Positions 43,141 to 56,752 of a stretch of 64,000 bases of DNA are shown here, piece after piece. This stretch comes from the human T2T-CHM13v2.0 reference genome, Homo sapiens. Both the position numbers and the translations under genes were made by a program. Position 1 is the first letter of the stretch; each line of letters begins with the position of its first letter. The notes below the pieces were generated by a model. That model ran no database searches, was not told the DNA's origin, and saw only the letters and a list, made by a program, of their open reading frames with translations. The stretch is from assembly GCF_009914755.1 (NCBI RefSeq), contig NC_060938.1, one strand, 5' to 3'.

Positions 43141-43674
43141 AAGGCAATATAGCAGGAAACAAGCATAGTATTTGCCTTAAGTGGTAACCATGTGCTAAGC
43201 TCTGTGTATTCACTGAGTGCTAAGTTGTCCTGTTTTATAAATGGGGCACCCGAGGTGGAGAGAAGCCAAGTATTTTTCCCAAGCTCACAAGATTAGCAAG
43301 AGATAGAGCCTGAATTTGGAGTCACATATGTCTGACTACAAATCATACCTTTATCCACTCTGCTATGGGTACAAAAGAAATGACTAAGTGCCAGAGGGTT
43401 GTTGGTGGATGACAGGTCTCTAAATCTAGACCATCCACACCCTAATCTGTCCAGAGTATTTTGAAGCTTCTGTGAAATGTCTGAGACATGGGAAGCAGGA
43501 CTGAGATTTATGCCAACTCCATTATACCAAGTGCCTTCCTTTACTGTTATGTGTTCATTTGTGAATAGGAAGATAGCTTTTGAGTGACTCTTCTCTCCAC
43601 AGCTCCCTATTCTGGGGGCAGGATGAGAGTATCTGTTTGGCTTTCACTTCTTTAAGTAAAACAGCCTAAGTGGC

Positions 43675-43697
43675 AAAAAAAAAAAAAAAAAAAAAAA
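43675..43697. repeat. Poly-A (A23) tract with no attached SINE
   Basis: 23 consecutive A; a T12 run follows at 43722-43733. Confidence 0.9.
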
Positions 43698-46685
43698 GAA
43701 ATTGTTGAACAAGTTCGGGGATTTTTTTTTTTTGGGCTTTTTTGATTGTATTTAATAGTTTTGAAGAGTGCTACAAAATAATGTGGCTGTTGAAAGAAAT
43801 GCTTTTTGCCCAATTTCTTTCTGGCCACGGTTTTGAGAAAAGAAAACTATAAATAGCTGACAATAAAAGAAAATTGCTGCTGTGATCTGAGAAGAAAGAA
43901 AGGGAAATACAAAAGGACCGCCCTGAGAGGTTTTCAAATAAAAATTATGGTTCCCCTCCCTGGGCCTAAGATTGCTACTTCTTGGAAGACAGAAAGGGTG
44001 GGGATGTGCTGGATGTTTTGTCTCTCTTGTTTATTTTCAAAAATGTTTTGACTTAGTTGCTTTATTCTACAAACCTCAGAGCTCTTCACATCTATTAAAC
44101 ATTTTAAATGAGCTGAATTTTCTCTAAACATAGGTAATTTACAAATAGAGGTTTATTATTCATAAGGCAGCCATCCAGTTCTTTTATTTCTCTGTCTAAA
44201 TTTACATGTCTCTCCTTTCTTCTCCCGTTCTTACTTGCCTTGTAGAACAGACATGTTGGGTGGAGGATAAGTAACAACTAAGGTGGAAGGAAAAATTGGC
44301 GCCAGTTTGACTGTTAAACACATAATGCCCTCTTGTTTATTTCTCACCAATAAATCATTTTCAATTTCCTGCCAAAATGTTTCATTGATTAAACTTTACA
44401 TTTTTATTACCCAGAATTAACTATAACGCTTATGAAAATGGAAGGTGGAAAGAGACAATTTCTCTGCGAGTTGTTCTACTTTTCTGTAACCAAAGAGCTT
44501 CACTAAGCAGAATCGTCTCCCTTCTGTTTGAAACGCAGTTCTTATCAACTGGAGGTAATTGGGCCACAGTTCAGATGTGCAGCCACTGTTTTGAATATCA
44601 CATGGAGCTCTTTTGACTGTTTGTTTTCCGTTTGATATAAAAGTTGGTTTCCAGAGGTTGTCTTAAAATAGAATGTCCGGGAAACTGTGATCTCCAGATT
44701 CAATGAAGACAAACTGCTTTTCCTTTTTATGGACCCATTGATATGCATACACACTTATCCTTTTCTTTCGAATTACATCTATCTTCTGTGCTGGGGACCC
44801 TTCCTGCCCCTATGGAAATTGAGCAGGGACTGATCTTAGACTTGAAAGAATTAATAGGTTTCAGTAGAACTGTCTCATGGTGGCAGGTGGGAGTCAGGAA
44901 GGGAGAAAAAGTATGTCTCTGAGATCAAAGTCATCCTGACAATTTGACATGGACAAAGGAAAAAAAATAAAAAGGAAGTTGAAAATGAGACAAAGTAAAG
45001 TCAGAGAAGAAACTTGCCCAGGGGCATTTCAGACACAGATCTTGTGATATTAACATTTCCTTTATTTTTTAAAAAATGAAATAAATTGCTTCCCAGTGAC
45101 CCTAAAGGTCATTAGTACCAGCTGCTTTGTACTGCTGAGAGCAAATGACAGTGAGGAGAAATGATGTAGGTGAGGACTTGGGAGCAGAATCAGATGAGTG
45201 CACGGCTTAGTAAGCCTGAACATTTGCAGCAAGTTCAGAATGATTCAAACTGAGCTGTCCCTAGAATCCAGTTAGGTGTCACCTCTGGGTCCAATTAGAG
45301 GGCACACTGGATTAGGAGGCAGAAGACAGGGATGTAACCTTAATTCTGTCCCTAGTTGTATCATTTGTTGTATAACTTTGCATATTTGTGTCTCAGTGTC
45401 TTTATCCATAAAGCTAAAGATTTAGACTAGATAATGAATAATCCCTGAGGTTCTAGCTAACTGTAAGATAGAGAGATCTATATGATTAGACTTATTATTT
45501 GTTTTGGTTAAGAGTCTGATCAGAGAATGAAAATACTTTATGCACTTTCTCTGTGCTAGGCACTGGTGGTGGGAAGGTTGTGTAAGGAAATAAAGAAACC
45601 TAGTTCTTATATGTGAGACAGAACTGTGACTTTTTAAAGCCACTGTGTCCCCAGAGCCTAGCACAGTGCCTGACATGCAGAATTCACTCCAGAGATGTCT
45701 GTTGGTTGATGAAGACATATTATTTTGTATCTAATTAGAGAGATAAGACATAAAGAAAAGATGCCCAACAATGCAATACTTAAAAAATTGGTACCAAATC
45801 AGAAAGCACGGTGTAACTGTTAAAGAACTGCTGAGAAGGTGGCTGTCTTTGGGGAGAAAGGGTATGAACATTTTCCATAGAGAAGGGGAGATTTATCCTA
45901 AATGGCTAAAAACCAGGCATCAAATTCCTTGTGGATCCTGGAGGTAGAAATCAGTTTCAAAGTTTAGACAGACAGATGGCACAAGTCTTGTTTGGCTACT
46001 TTCTTACCACAACAGGTATTCAGGGCTTTGCAACCTTACTTTGTTATACAGAATGGATCGCCGTGAGACTTCGAAGATGTAAGTCTGGGGACTGTAGGCA
46101 GAAAGCAGCAAATGTTTTCTATATCAAGGTACAGACGGGTTTATTTCTCAGGGCAGATTATGTGAGAGTGATGGATACACTTAGGTCCAGGAGTCTCTCC
46201 ATTAAGTAGCAGTGGAACTTGGGTCACCTTCTCATGCCCCTTTTCTTCATCTCCTCTCTCCTTTGCTCTGGGCTTGGACATCCCTATAGGCCAAGCATGG
46301 TGCCAGGTGCTAGAGACATCGAAATGAGAAAAAAATATGGTATCTTTCCTGGAGAGACTAGGTCAATGGAGGAGGGAGACATGAAATCAGAAAAGCAACA
46401 ATGCTGTGGGTGCCATAATAGATGTAAATAAATAACTGCTGAGAAAGCTGGGAGCTCCAGGGAACGAAGGGCCTCCGCAAATTGGGAAAGATATGTGAGT
46501 GCCAAACTTGTGCTTAGTGTGGTGAACAAATGCAAAGATGCAGTTGCCATGAGGTGAGTTTGCTGCCTCCCCACCTGGAATCTGAGGCACGCTGCTTTGA
46601 GATGCCTCTGCAGTGTGCAAACAAACACTGCTTGTCATTAGCATGGGGTAAAAAAGAGTCCATGCATTTTCTTTGTAGAGGGACC

Positions 46686-47158
46686 TTATTAGTTTTCTAT
46701 TTTGCTATTGTAACCAATTACCACAGATGTAGTGTTTTAAAACAACACAGATGTATTCTTGTGTAGTTCTGGAGGTCAGAAGTCCCCAAATCAAGGTTAT
46801 CAGAGGGCTGTACTCCTCCAGGCGGCTCTAGGGAGAATCCATTTCCTGCCTTTTCTGGCTTCTGAAGGCTGCCTGCTTTCCTTGACTCGTGGTTTCCTTC
46901 CTCTATCTTCAAAGCCAGCGGTGTAGCATCTTCCAGTCTTTCTGTGTCTCTGACCCACCCGCCTTCCTCTTATAAGGACCCTTGGGATTACATTGGGTCC
47001 ACCTGATAATATATGAGAATTGCCCCATCTCAGGATTCTTAATGAAATCATATCTGCAAAGTTTCTTTTGCCATATAAGGTAATATATTCATCAGTTTGG
47101 GGCATTAGGGCATGGACATCTTGGGGCGGGGGGGGGGGCGCATTTTTCAGCTACCACA
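46686..47158 (-). mobile_element. MaLR LTR, MLT1C/D-like
   Basis: 'gttctggaggtcagaagtcc...ggctctagggagaatccatttcctgccttt...cttataaggacccttgggattacattggg...ctaccaca'. Confidence 0.85.
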
Positions 47159-47259
47159 GTACCCAAGTGTTCTCCTGAGAGCTGGCTTCTGCTTCCGCTC
47201 TCCTCTCCCTAATTTCTCAATTACACTATCTGGATCTATCCACAGAAAATGTGGAATGG

Positions 47260-47490
47260 AAGCATAGCTCAGTGGGTTCTGGATTCAACTGCTAGTGCAA
47301 CAATGGACAACTGAAACTTTCAGAGCCTCAGCTTCCTTATCTGTAAGGTAGAAATAATAAAGGTGATTATTCATAGGACTGTGGTGAGGAGCGAATGAGG
47401 TGCCATATATAGTATATATTTTTTTGGTTCAGGAGTCTTGCAATGTAGAATGTGTTCAATTAATGTTGGTTATTATTTTTGTTATAATTA
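47260..47490 (+). mobile_element. MIR SINE
   Basis: 'gagcctcagcttccttatctgtaagg...ataataa...tcataggactgtggtgagga'. Confidence 0.7.
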
Positions 47491-48836
47491 TTAGGAAGCA
47501 GGGAAAGGATATAGACAGAGAAGAGGAAGGTCTCCCCAAAACCTAAACTGTACTTAGAACTCAGCTTTATCTTGGTTTGGTTTCATAAAAGCCAATTCGC
47601 ACTAACTCCTTCCCTCATCATCCTAGGTATAGAAAGTCAACTTCTTCAGGTTGTCATCACCCCATCCCTGCACTCCCAGTCCAGCTTCGGGGACCTACAA
47701 AAGAAAGGGTCTCTTTAAGGCTTTCAGTGTTATGGGAATTTTAATCCTAGATGCTCTTTGGAAGCATCCCTACATTTATCTTCTGATTTTAGCCTGATAT
47801 TATGTGGAAAACAGTCTTGTTAATTTATTCACTCCAATATGTGCCTATCTGATAGCTCAGCAACCCTTTATCTTTTTACAAATGTTGGTCATTAAACTAA
47901 TAAAATCTCTGAATGGTGAGATTTTAAGAGGAATAACAAAGGGAGACAAACATAATCTGGAAATGTAGAGGAAAACATATTTGGGCAATATATCTGCCTG
48001 GTTATTAGGTATGTTTTTGCCTAAGGGTGCAGCCCTGGCAGTTGGTTGCTCTGAACTATTCTTGCTTTTTCAACTTCTTCATTCCTCCAGTTTTGTGAAC
48101 CTACATCTTCTCTATTTCAATTTTGTCAAAGTGGTTCCAAAGCTGAGTGAAAACTGGGAGGAATGGGTTATTTAGCACCTGGGATTGGAGTGATGGTGGG
48201 TGTCTCTTTGTAAGAATATTGTAGATCCTGAGTTTTTAAGTAAAGGGCCTGCCTGTTCTGCAGTTTGCTTCTTGTTTATTTTCCTCCGCTTTAACTAGAG
48301 ATGTTTTAAATTCTGCTCAGTTATTAAATATCCCATATCTCAGGATCACACAAGCAGCTATAACTTCAAAAATTTTATTATTTTTTTGAGCTATCTTTCT
48401 GCAAATGAAATGTTACAGTAATCTTCAGGCACCAGGTTTGATAAGCCCAATAAGGACATGGAATTTGCACCAGTAGCTATAGCAAATGACTGGGAAGCAC
48501 ATGGGGTTTTAAACTCTAAAGAATCTCTCAGAGGAGAGGAGATGGTACATTTATTGATGGTGCAAGGTGTTAGTTGGAAAGGCCTAAGAATCCCAAATCC
48601 CATTCAACAGTGAAGAGACCTTGCCAGCTCCCAACAGGTATGACTTACTTTGGAGTCATAGGGGGTCCTTCCTAAAGGGTATAATCAGAGTTTGCATCAG
48701 AACTTTCATTGATGCACAGTTTTATCTGTAGCAGAGAATTTTGATGCCCTCTTTTACGTGGATATCTGAGAATGCCTTAAAAATATTAACTGATAGTTCT
48801 CCTAGCGGTCTAAGATGATAGTAAAAGTTATCATTG

Positions 48837-49180
48837 GGCTGGGTGTGGTGGCTCATACCTGTAATGCCAGCACTTTTGGAGGCTGAGGTGGGCAGATTGC
48901 TTGATCCCAGGAGTTCCAGACCAGCCTGGGAAACCTGGTGAAACCCCATCTCTACAAAAAGTACAAAAGATTAGCCAAGTATAGTGGCATGTGCCTGTAG
49001 CCCCAGCTACGTGGGAGGCTGAGACAGAAGGATTACCTGGGCTGGGGATGTTAAGGCTGCAGTGAGCCCTGATTGTGCCACTGCAGTCCAGCTTAGGCGA
49101 CAAAGTGAGACCCTGTCTCAAAAAACAAAAAACAAAAAACAAAACAAAACAAAAACACACACAAAAAAACAAACAAAAAA
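48837..49180 (+). mobile_element. AluJ with a CA-interrupted A tail
   Basis: J diagnostics 'attgcttgatcccaggagtt', 'ggctgcagtgagc', 'gaccctgtctc'. Confidence 0.93.
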
Positions 49181-49530
49181 ATTGGTTGAGCATCTATGGC
49201 CAAGTGCTTTTAATGCATTTTCTCTACTCCTCCGCCAAGCTTTATAAGAGGTGGATTAGGACTCTTACAGCTAAGGAAAGCAGCATTCAAGATGGTTAAA
49301 TAATTTGTCCAAAGTCACATGATACTAAGCTATAGAACTGGGATTTCTGGAAAATTTGGCTGCAGAGTTGTTAGTGGTGGAGGACTGCATTAATGCTCTC
49401 TACTTTTGGAAGATAAAGGGTAGATTAAATTTCGGAACAAGTAATTTGAAAAACTACTCATTTAGTTAAAAACAAAGTAAAATAAAACCAAACTCCACTT
49501 AAGTACATTAATAATGATATATTATATAAA

Positions 49531-49783
49531 CAGTACTTTTAAAACTGTAGTTTGCAACCAGATGGCAAATCATGAAATTTACTTAGTGTATCACAAACAC
49601 TTTAATTTTAGGGAAAAAGGATAATATAAAATAGAAGAGCAAATACCAGAGAGTAACATATGGCATAGGATGAGTGGCTTCTGAAAACATAAGTGTATAT
49701 GTCTGTGTATATGTTTATTGGGGCAAAAGGGAAAATGTATTATTTTACTTTGAGTTGTGGTGAAAACAGTATGAAAAACACAT
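49531..49783. mobile_element. MER112-like hAT-Charlie element
   Basis: 'tcatgaaatttacttagtg...aaaatagaa...aaaatgtatt...ttactttgagttgtggtgaaaacagtatgaaaaacac'. Confidence 0.45.
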
Positions 49784-50150
49784 AAGGGATTTCCTTAATA
49801 ATATTGACCCTCATCTATCCATTTTTTAGAAAAGGAAAGATCCCAGTCTTTGCTTTTTGAAGTTAACCATTGCCAATGAAACAACCCTCCCCGCATGTGG
49901 TGTAGTGCAGTAGTCTGAAGCAAGGTCCACTTTCACAGGAAACCTGAGGGTCAGAGAATTGCTTGAAAAGGACTAAACAGTCAGCCAGAGAATTGCTTGA
50001 AAAGGACTAAACAGTCGTGAGCAGCTGCCTATTGGGTTAATAGATGTAAACGGTTGGCTCCTAGGATGATTCATTGATGAAACCTTTTGATTTTCATTAT
50101 CTTTGTCTTGGTTATTTGGTTTAATTTTGGTTACGTTGTACTTATATGAG

Positions 50151-50561
50151 CGATATAGTTTGGATATTTGTCTCCACCCAAATCTTATGTTGAATTGTAA
50201 TCCTCAGTGTTGGAGGTGGGGCCTGGCGGAAGGTGTTTGGATTACAGGGGCTGATCCCTCATGGCTTGATGCGGTCTTTGCAACAGTGAGTTCTCAGGAG
50301 ATCTGGTCATTTAAAAGTGTGTGGCATCCCACCCCCCCAACTGCTACCCCTTGTTCCCGCTTTCACCATGTGCCGTGCCAACTCCCTCTTTGCCTTCCAC
50401 CATGATTGTGAGCTTCCTGAGACCTTATCAGAAGCAAAGCAGATGGCTGGTGCCATGCTTCCCACACAGCCTGCAGAACTGTAAGCCAATTAAACCTCTT
50501 TTGTGTATGCATTACCCAGTTCAGGTATTTCTTTATACCAGTGCAAAAACAACGTAATACA
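50151..50561 (+). mobile_element. MSTA-like MaLR solo LTR
   Basis: gatatagtttggatatttgtc...gccaattaaacctctttt...taataca; perfect 5-bp TSD atgag at 50146-50150 and 50562-50566. Confidence 0.9.
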
Positions 50562-50960
50562 ATGAGCATACTTATGTAAGACTTCATTTATTTGAAGAAG
50601 GTATGATACAAATAAATACATCAGATACACAAATGTCAATGTATCTCTAATTCATTTGGTGTTTACTGAGTACCTGTTTTTGCCTGTCACTATGCTAAAT
50701 TCAAGAAATGGAAAAAAAGGGTACCCCATCATTGATGTTTTGGATGAGTTTATACGGTTATAGAAGAGGTACATACATAAAGAAATAATAACACAAAAAA
50801 TGTGGTGCACACTCTGGTGGATGCAAGTTTGGAAGGACACCAACAACCTAGCTGTGTGAGCATGTATGGTATGTGTGTTGTGGGTGGAGGTGGGAGAGGG
50901 GGCAAATGATTAGCTATAGAAGCCTTCTGGTAGGTGGTGATGGCTGGGGCTCTTACAGTG

Positions 50961-51143
50961 TAGACGTTCTCAAACTGTAGAATGCATCAAAATGTCTGGA
51001 GTGCTTGTTAAAACACACTGCTGGGCTGTACCTAGAGTGTCTGATTCTGTAGATCTGAGATAAGGCCTGAAAATTTGCTTTTCTAACAAGTTTCCAGGTG
51101 GTGCTGTACTGTTGGTCTGGGGACCATACTTTGAGGACCACTT
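50961..51143 (-). mobile_element. MER5A DNA transposon
   Basis: 'gttctcaaact...gcttgttaaaacac...ctgattctgtagatctg...ttctaacaagtttccaggtg...ggggaccatactttgaggaccact'. Confidence 0.85.
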
Positions 51144-54100
51144 TCAAAACGATTTTAGCTGCAGATACTTCCTTTTTTTGTGTGAAGTCTTATATGGAAT
51201 ATTCAAGTATAACATAGAGAAAATGGAGATGGCTGGAAGGAACCCTCAGGCTCTCTCTGGCCTATGCTCTTCCATGGTGCTGGCTCCTAAAACTCCTTTA
51301 TGGAATTCCATTTTTATGAAAATCACAAATCTAGAGAAAAATCTAGTTCTACAATTTTGCAGTTTTCTCCTTGTTTCCTCTCCCAGTTCCTCTCCCCCAC
51401 CCCCACTGAGTTGAATCAAGTTGTTTGAAAAAGAAGCTGTTTGAGTGATTTTTAAAGAGCCCTGTAGATCAGTAGGCAAAAGTTTTGGCAAAGAATATGT
51501 GGATTTCAGTTTTGATTTCTGCTTTTTTTTTTTTAAATTAGTGTGTATGTTCTTGGACATTTTCTTCCAAAACTTTGCTTTTTGATCCTTTATTTAGAAA
51601 AGTTGTGGCATTTGTTTACGTAATCTATAGATACTAGCACCCCATCATAATCTTCTGAAGACTGCTTTAACTCTGCATTAGTAAATACCAGCGTGAGAAA
51701 AATGCTTTGGATAAAACACATAGCACAGCTTGAAAACTCTTTCTTTGAGGACCTCTTAAAGTTAGTCCACAGGAAGGCACTGTCTATTTGATGCCTAAAG
51801 TCTTGATGTAAATGGAAAAAATTGATTAATTATCCAGATATCCAGAATGTTAGAAAAGGTTTAATAATTAATTGAGGTGTTCATTGTCCAACCAGACGTT
51901 TTGCATCACAGAGCAAACGTAGTTCATTTTTTAAAGTGGAGAACTGGCTGTAGTATAAACCTTTGTGCCCATATTAACGATCTGTAACTGTAATCACCAA
52001 ATAACCTTTCACTGTCTTCATTTTCATCATTGGTTGAAATGAAGACTCTACTGCAGAGAAAAAAAGATAGATTTCTACATTGGGGAAAAAAACTCAAACT
52101 CTTGATAGCTTGCTTTGGGACAATTTCAAGTTTGGCTTTATTAGAATATTTATGTTCTCTTGGTGTAGACATTGTTATATTTATCAAAAATTAAGGGTTT
52201 GCAAAAGCCTGGAGTTTTAACTAAGTTTTAATAAATGCTTGGAAGCTTGGATGCTTAACTGAAAGTTGTCCAAACTTCTTGTCTGGTTTGGGACTGTGCA
52301 AGACTCATCTATTAAGGTACTTGGCACTTTTGCTTGGAATCAAGAAATTCAAAGGTTCGTAGAAATAAAAATTGATTATTAAACAAAACATGATCAGTAT
52401 TTTATGAAATGTCTAGGTCTAGCCTACTTCCACACAGTTTGAGATGCTTATTATATTCTGTTCACTATGTCTATCTCCAATGGCAACATTAATTCATTTT
52501 GAGTTAAGCCTGGGGCCCTATCATTTTTAATTTTACAGTTTCACCAAGTTATTATTTATACAAGATACAAAAATGATGGGACCAGGTTACTACCCTTTGC
52601 TAATTTGCATCTGTTTTTCATTTTCTAAAATCAACTGGTGACATTGGCGAGGGACTGGTGGTTAGCATGTTCTACTGTTTATAGAAGCCACTGTTCAATT
52701 TTATTTCTCTAGAAGAGGGGGCACTTCTGCCACAGAGACGTCTATGAGAGATCCATCAGTGGTCATTGAATTAGAAAAGCACTCACATACTCTCCTGGAG
52801 TTGACAGAGATGTGTGGAAACCTAACACATCTGGAAGAACATCAATCCTTACAATTAGTCAACATCTGGGAATCTAACCACCCAGGGTTGACAAAACTGG
52901 TGATTAAATGTAATGGAAGTTCACCATCCATAGACAAGTACAGAGTAACTAGCTGTGAATTGTGAGAACATACATGCATCTTGCATGCTATAATGAGCCA
53001 TTAGCACCCAGCTTGCCTGAGTTGGAAAGCCATCAGAACACTGAGGTATGTATGGCGACGTTTTCAAAGCTTTTCCAATTTGTTTTTCTTTCAGAGCAAT
53101 GTATAAAGCCACACTATGAATTCAGACAGAGCTAAACATATAGTCTAGCCTCTCTTGCTTCCTCACTCCTTATCCTTCATGTTTCAACTTGCCATTTTCA
53201 CTTTCTGGTGCCATGCTCATTCTCAATCCATTTTCTTTTGTGTTTGAGTGTCAAATACCAACATTGCTGCTACTTCTGGGTCTTTCCTCAGATGCATTTT
53301 ATCACCCTTAGGGCAATTTCAGATGCCCCATAACATTAGCCAATATTCATATTTTATTCTGTTTTAAACATAGAAAATAATTCATGTTATTAGATAACCA
53401 TTTAATTACTCTTCAGCAGAACACAGGCTGAACAATAATGAAAATGATTTAACAGCTTCTCTCTCTTCTGTGATTTTAAAACCCCATTATTTTACCCTTT
53501 TCTTTCTGTTATTTCCCCTTCAAGTTTCTCTCTAGGATTTTTGTGGCTCAAAAGATCAGCACAAAACCACATAAGAGACATGCTGTTTTGACTTTTATCT
53601 TTTCTCATTTTTTCCTTGCTGGAAGAAGAAAATCAGTGCCTTGTGGCTAAATGAGAAAGAAGTCCAACTTTCTTATTGAAGCTGAATTTGCTCCAGTAGA
53701 AGAAGCAGTTTTGTTGTCCGCAGTTAATGGCTAAAGACAGGAGGTTCACAAAAGTTATTCCCACCACTTCGTGTTCAACAAAATCTTACAAAATGCTACA
53801 AATGTTTCAAAATGAAGGAAGTAAAATTGTGAAAAACCTTAACTATGTTCTCAGTAAGCACATTCTAAAGTGCATCCTTGTGGAAAATTTCCATGGAACA
53901 AACTCTCAACTTCATTGAAATAATAGAATTCGTGGTCCTATCTGCTGTGCCTTTAAAATCAGGTGTCCCCACCAGCTGGTAGACAAAGAAGAACCTCACT
54001 GAGAATGAAAAATTTCATAAAGCTTTCAGAAGTTGCTGACCCTTGATTTAATCACGAATATCAAGCGTTTAGGGAGAATAGAGAGAAAAGATCTTTGAAC

Positions 54101-55291
54101 TAGTGCGAGGTATTGAGTTAAAACTCCAGGAAAAAGTGGTGAACACTTTGATTAACAGAACCTGGAGCCTCATTCTCTAATTGAGATGTACCTTTTGGAA
54201 TGGGAGAAAAGCACTGAACCACAAATGTGATGAATGTGGTAGGCCTAATTCTCTAGTTCTTTCTTTTGCTCTCTTTTCCTTTTTGCCTTTCTACTTTTTC
54301 CTTCTTGTTCCAATTTTCTCCTTATTATTTCCCACAACTTTTTAGACTTGTGTTCATCTCTCATTCATATGTATATGAATTCTTTGAGAATGAGGTTGGA
54401 AGAAGACTTCTGCATCAAAAAGCAAAGTTTTTGTCGGCCAGTTTAAGTAGTTTGTACGACTAGCAGCAATGAAGAAAGACACATATTCATGTCAACACTC
54501 TTTCCTAGTGCCACTTCAATTACTGAAGAGTCTGCAATCAATTATGTGATAAAACATTTTCTAATTGATGGGCTATCTGTGTATGTTAGTCCATCATAAT
54601 AGATTAGCTCTTAACAAGATAAAACCATCATGTGGAACTCTCTGCCTGCCAAAAACAGGCTTCTGCCAAACCATCTGATCGATGTTATAGAATTTTCAGG
54701 CATTTATACTCTGAAAAGTGACTGTAGAAAAACAGAAGCTTTACACTCAGCATATTTGCCCTCTCTCTCCCTTGCTTTGAGTCACATCTGCTGATTTCAT
54801 GGTTTGACACTTTTTTTAAAAAGAAATTCTTGTTAGCTCAGTTGAGCTTCTTGGATCCCGTCCAGCCTCCCAACCTTACACACTAAATCAACAAAGTTCA
54901 GATCAGGCTTTCTGTTAAGCAGGAAGAAAGAAATAAGCAGAGAGGAGCATGGAAACATTGTACTGAACTCTGGTAGACTTGCAGAATAATTGCACTAAAT
55001 TGACCCCTCACACTTTGAACCCAGCAAACTTGTGTGGTATTCATAGTCATATTGTGGAAAGTACAGTATTGAACTGGACTTGGTTCAGACCATACCCCTA
55101 ACTACTTCTAGGATCACAAGTGAGTCACAGAACATCTCTGTTCCTCAGGTTTTTACAAAATATAAAAGATGGATTGTGAAGTTTTTGAGGACACATTTCA
55201 GCTTTGTATTTTGAAAATCTCAGATGACATCCTTTGAAAACCTTTTTTGATTCTAAAATTGGTAGCATTGCATTTAATTTCTGAGATTCCG

Positions 55292-55860
55292 TGTTCTGGT
55301 TATCTATTATGTAACAAACCACCCCAAAATTTTGTGGCTTATAATATTAACAGCACATACTTTGCCTGCAAATCTGCAATTTGGGCAGGAACCTGTGAGG
55401 ACAGTCATCTCTACTCCAGTCAGCATTACCTAAGACAGCTTGAAGGCTGGAGGCTAGAATTATCTGAAGGCTTGTTCACTCTTACACTTGGTGGTTGATG
55501 CTCGCTGCTTAGCTGAAACCTTAGCTGGGTTTTAGCCAGTGTTCCTATTGGCTGGTATATCTAAATGTCACGTTTTTATGTGTTCTGAGCGTCCTTACAA
55601 CATGGTGGCTGGGTTCCCAGAAGAGGCATCTAGATAAAGAAAGTTAGGAGAAAGTTGTATTGCTTTTTATGAGCTAGTCTTGAAAGTCATGCAGAGTCCT
55701 TCCTACCACATACTATTTGTCCAGGAATTCACAGAGGTCTGCCCAGATCAGCAGAAAAGGAAACAAACTCCCCTCTTGATGGGGGTTGGCAAGGTGCTGG
55801 AAGAGCAAATGAGACTGGAAATATTGCCATGGCCGTGTTTGAAAAACATAATCTGTTACA
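55292..55860 (-). mobile_element. MaLR LTR, MLT1G/H-like
   Basis: 'tgtaacaaaccaccccaaaa...ctgcaatttgggcagg...acaacatggtggctgggttcc'; TSD ttccg/ttctg. Confidence 0.8.
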
Positions 55861-55871
55861 TTCTGCGTATA

Positions 55872-56482
55872 CAGTCATAAGCCATATAATAATGCTTGGG
55901 TCAATGACAGATTGCATATACAATGGTGGACCTGTGTGATTATAATGGAGCTGAAAAATTCCCATCACCTGGTGGTGTTGTAGCCCATCTTAACGTTGTA
56001 GTGCAACACATTAGTCATGTGTTTGTGGTGACACTGCTGTGCACAAACCTACTGTGCTGCCAGTCATACAAAAGTGTACAGTAATGTCCTAGGCCTTCAC
56101 ATTCACTCACCACTGACTCACTGACTCACCCAGAGCAACTTCTAGTTTTATAAGTTTCCTTCATGGTAAATGCTCTAGACAGGCATTCCATTTTTAATCT
56201 TTTTTGCCATATTTTTACTGCACCTTTTCTATGCTTAGATAGATTTAGATACACAAATACTTACCATTTTGTTACAATTGCCTACAGCATTCAGTAAAGT
56301 AACATGCTATAAAGGTTTGTAGTCTAGGAGCAATAGGCTAGACCATATAGCCTAGATGTGTAGTAGGCTATCCAATTTAGGCTTGTATAAGTACACACTA
56401 TGATGTTTGTACAACGATGAAATCACCTAATGACACAGTTCTCAGAATTTATCCCCATCAGTCACTAAGTTATATATGACTG
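55872..56482. mobile_element. Tigger3c-like (MER7) non-autonomous Tc1/mariner element, complete
   Basis: Terminal inverted repeats cagtcata...tatgactg, TA target duplication on both sides, ~610 bp. Confidence 0.88.
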
Positions 56483-56584
56483 TATTTGAATAAAACTACT
56501 GTCGCTGCTTTCTCATCAAAAATTTAAAAAGAAAAAAAGTGATTCTATATTCTAAAGTCTCCACTTAATGTCCCAATATGCCTT

Positions 56585-56752
56585 CTCTCATTTAATCGTC
56601 ATTTTTACAAATGAGGAAACTGAAGCAGGAGGCGGTCAAGTAACTTACATAAGCCCTCATAGCAGTCAAGTGCATAATAGAAAGGTGGCATTGAGAATCA
56701 AGCTCACCTAGTTTCAAAGCCTATGCTGCTTCTGCTACCCCACACTGCCTCA
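56585..56752 (-). mobile_element. MIR SINE
   Basis: 'catttttacaaatgaggaaactgaagc...aagtaactt'. Confidence 0.7.

Noticed and set aside
52708-52726. CTCF-like agagggggcact
   Set aside because: Only the 3' half of the motif matches, which is too weak without ChIP data.
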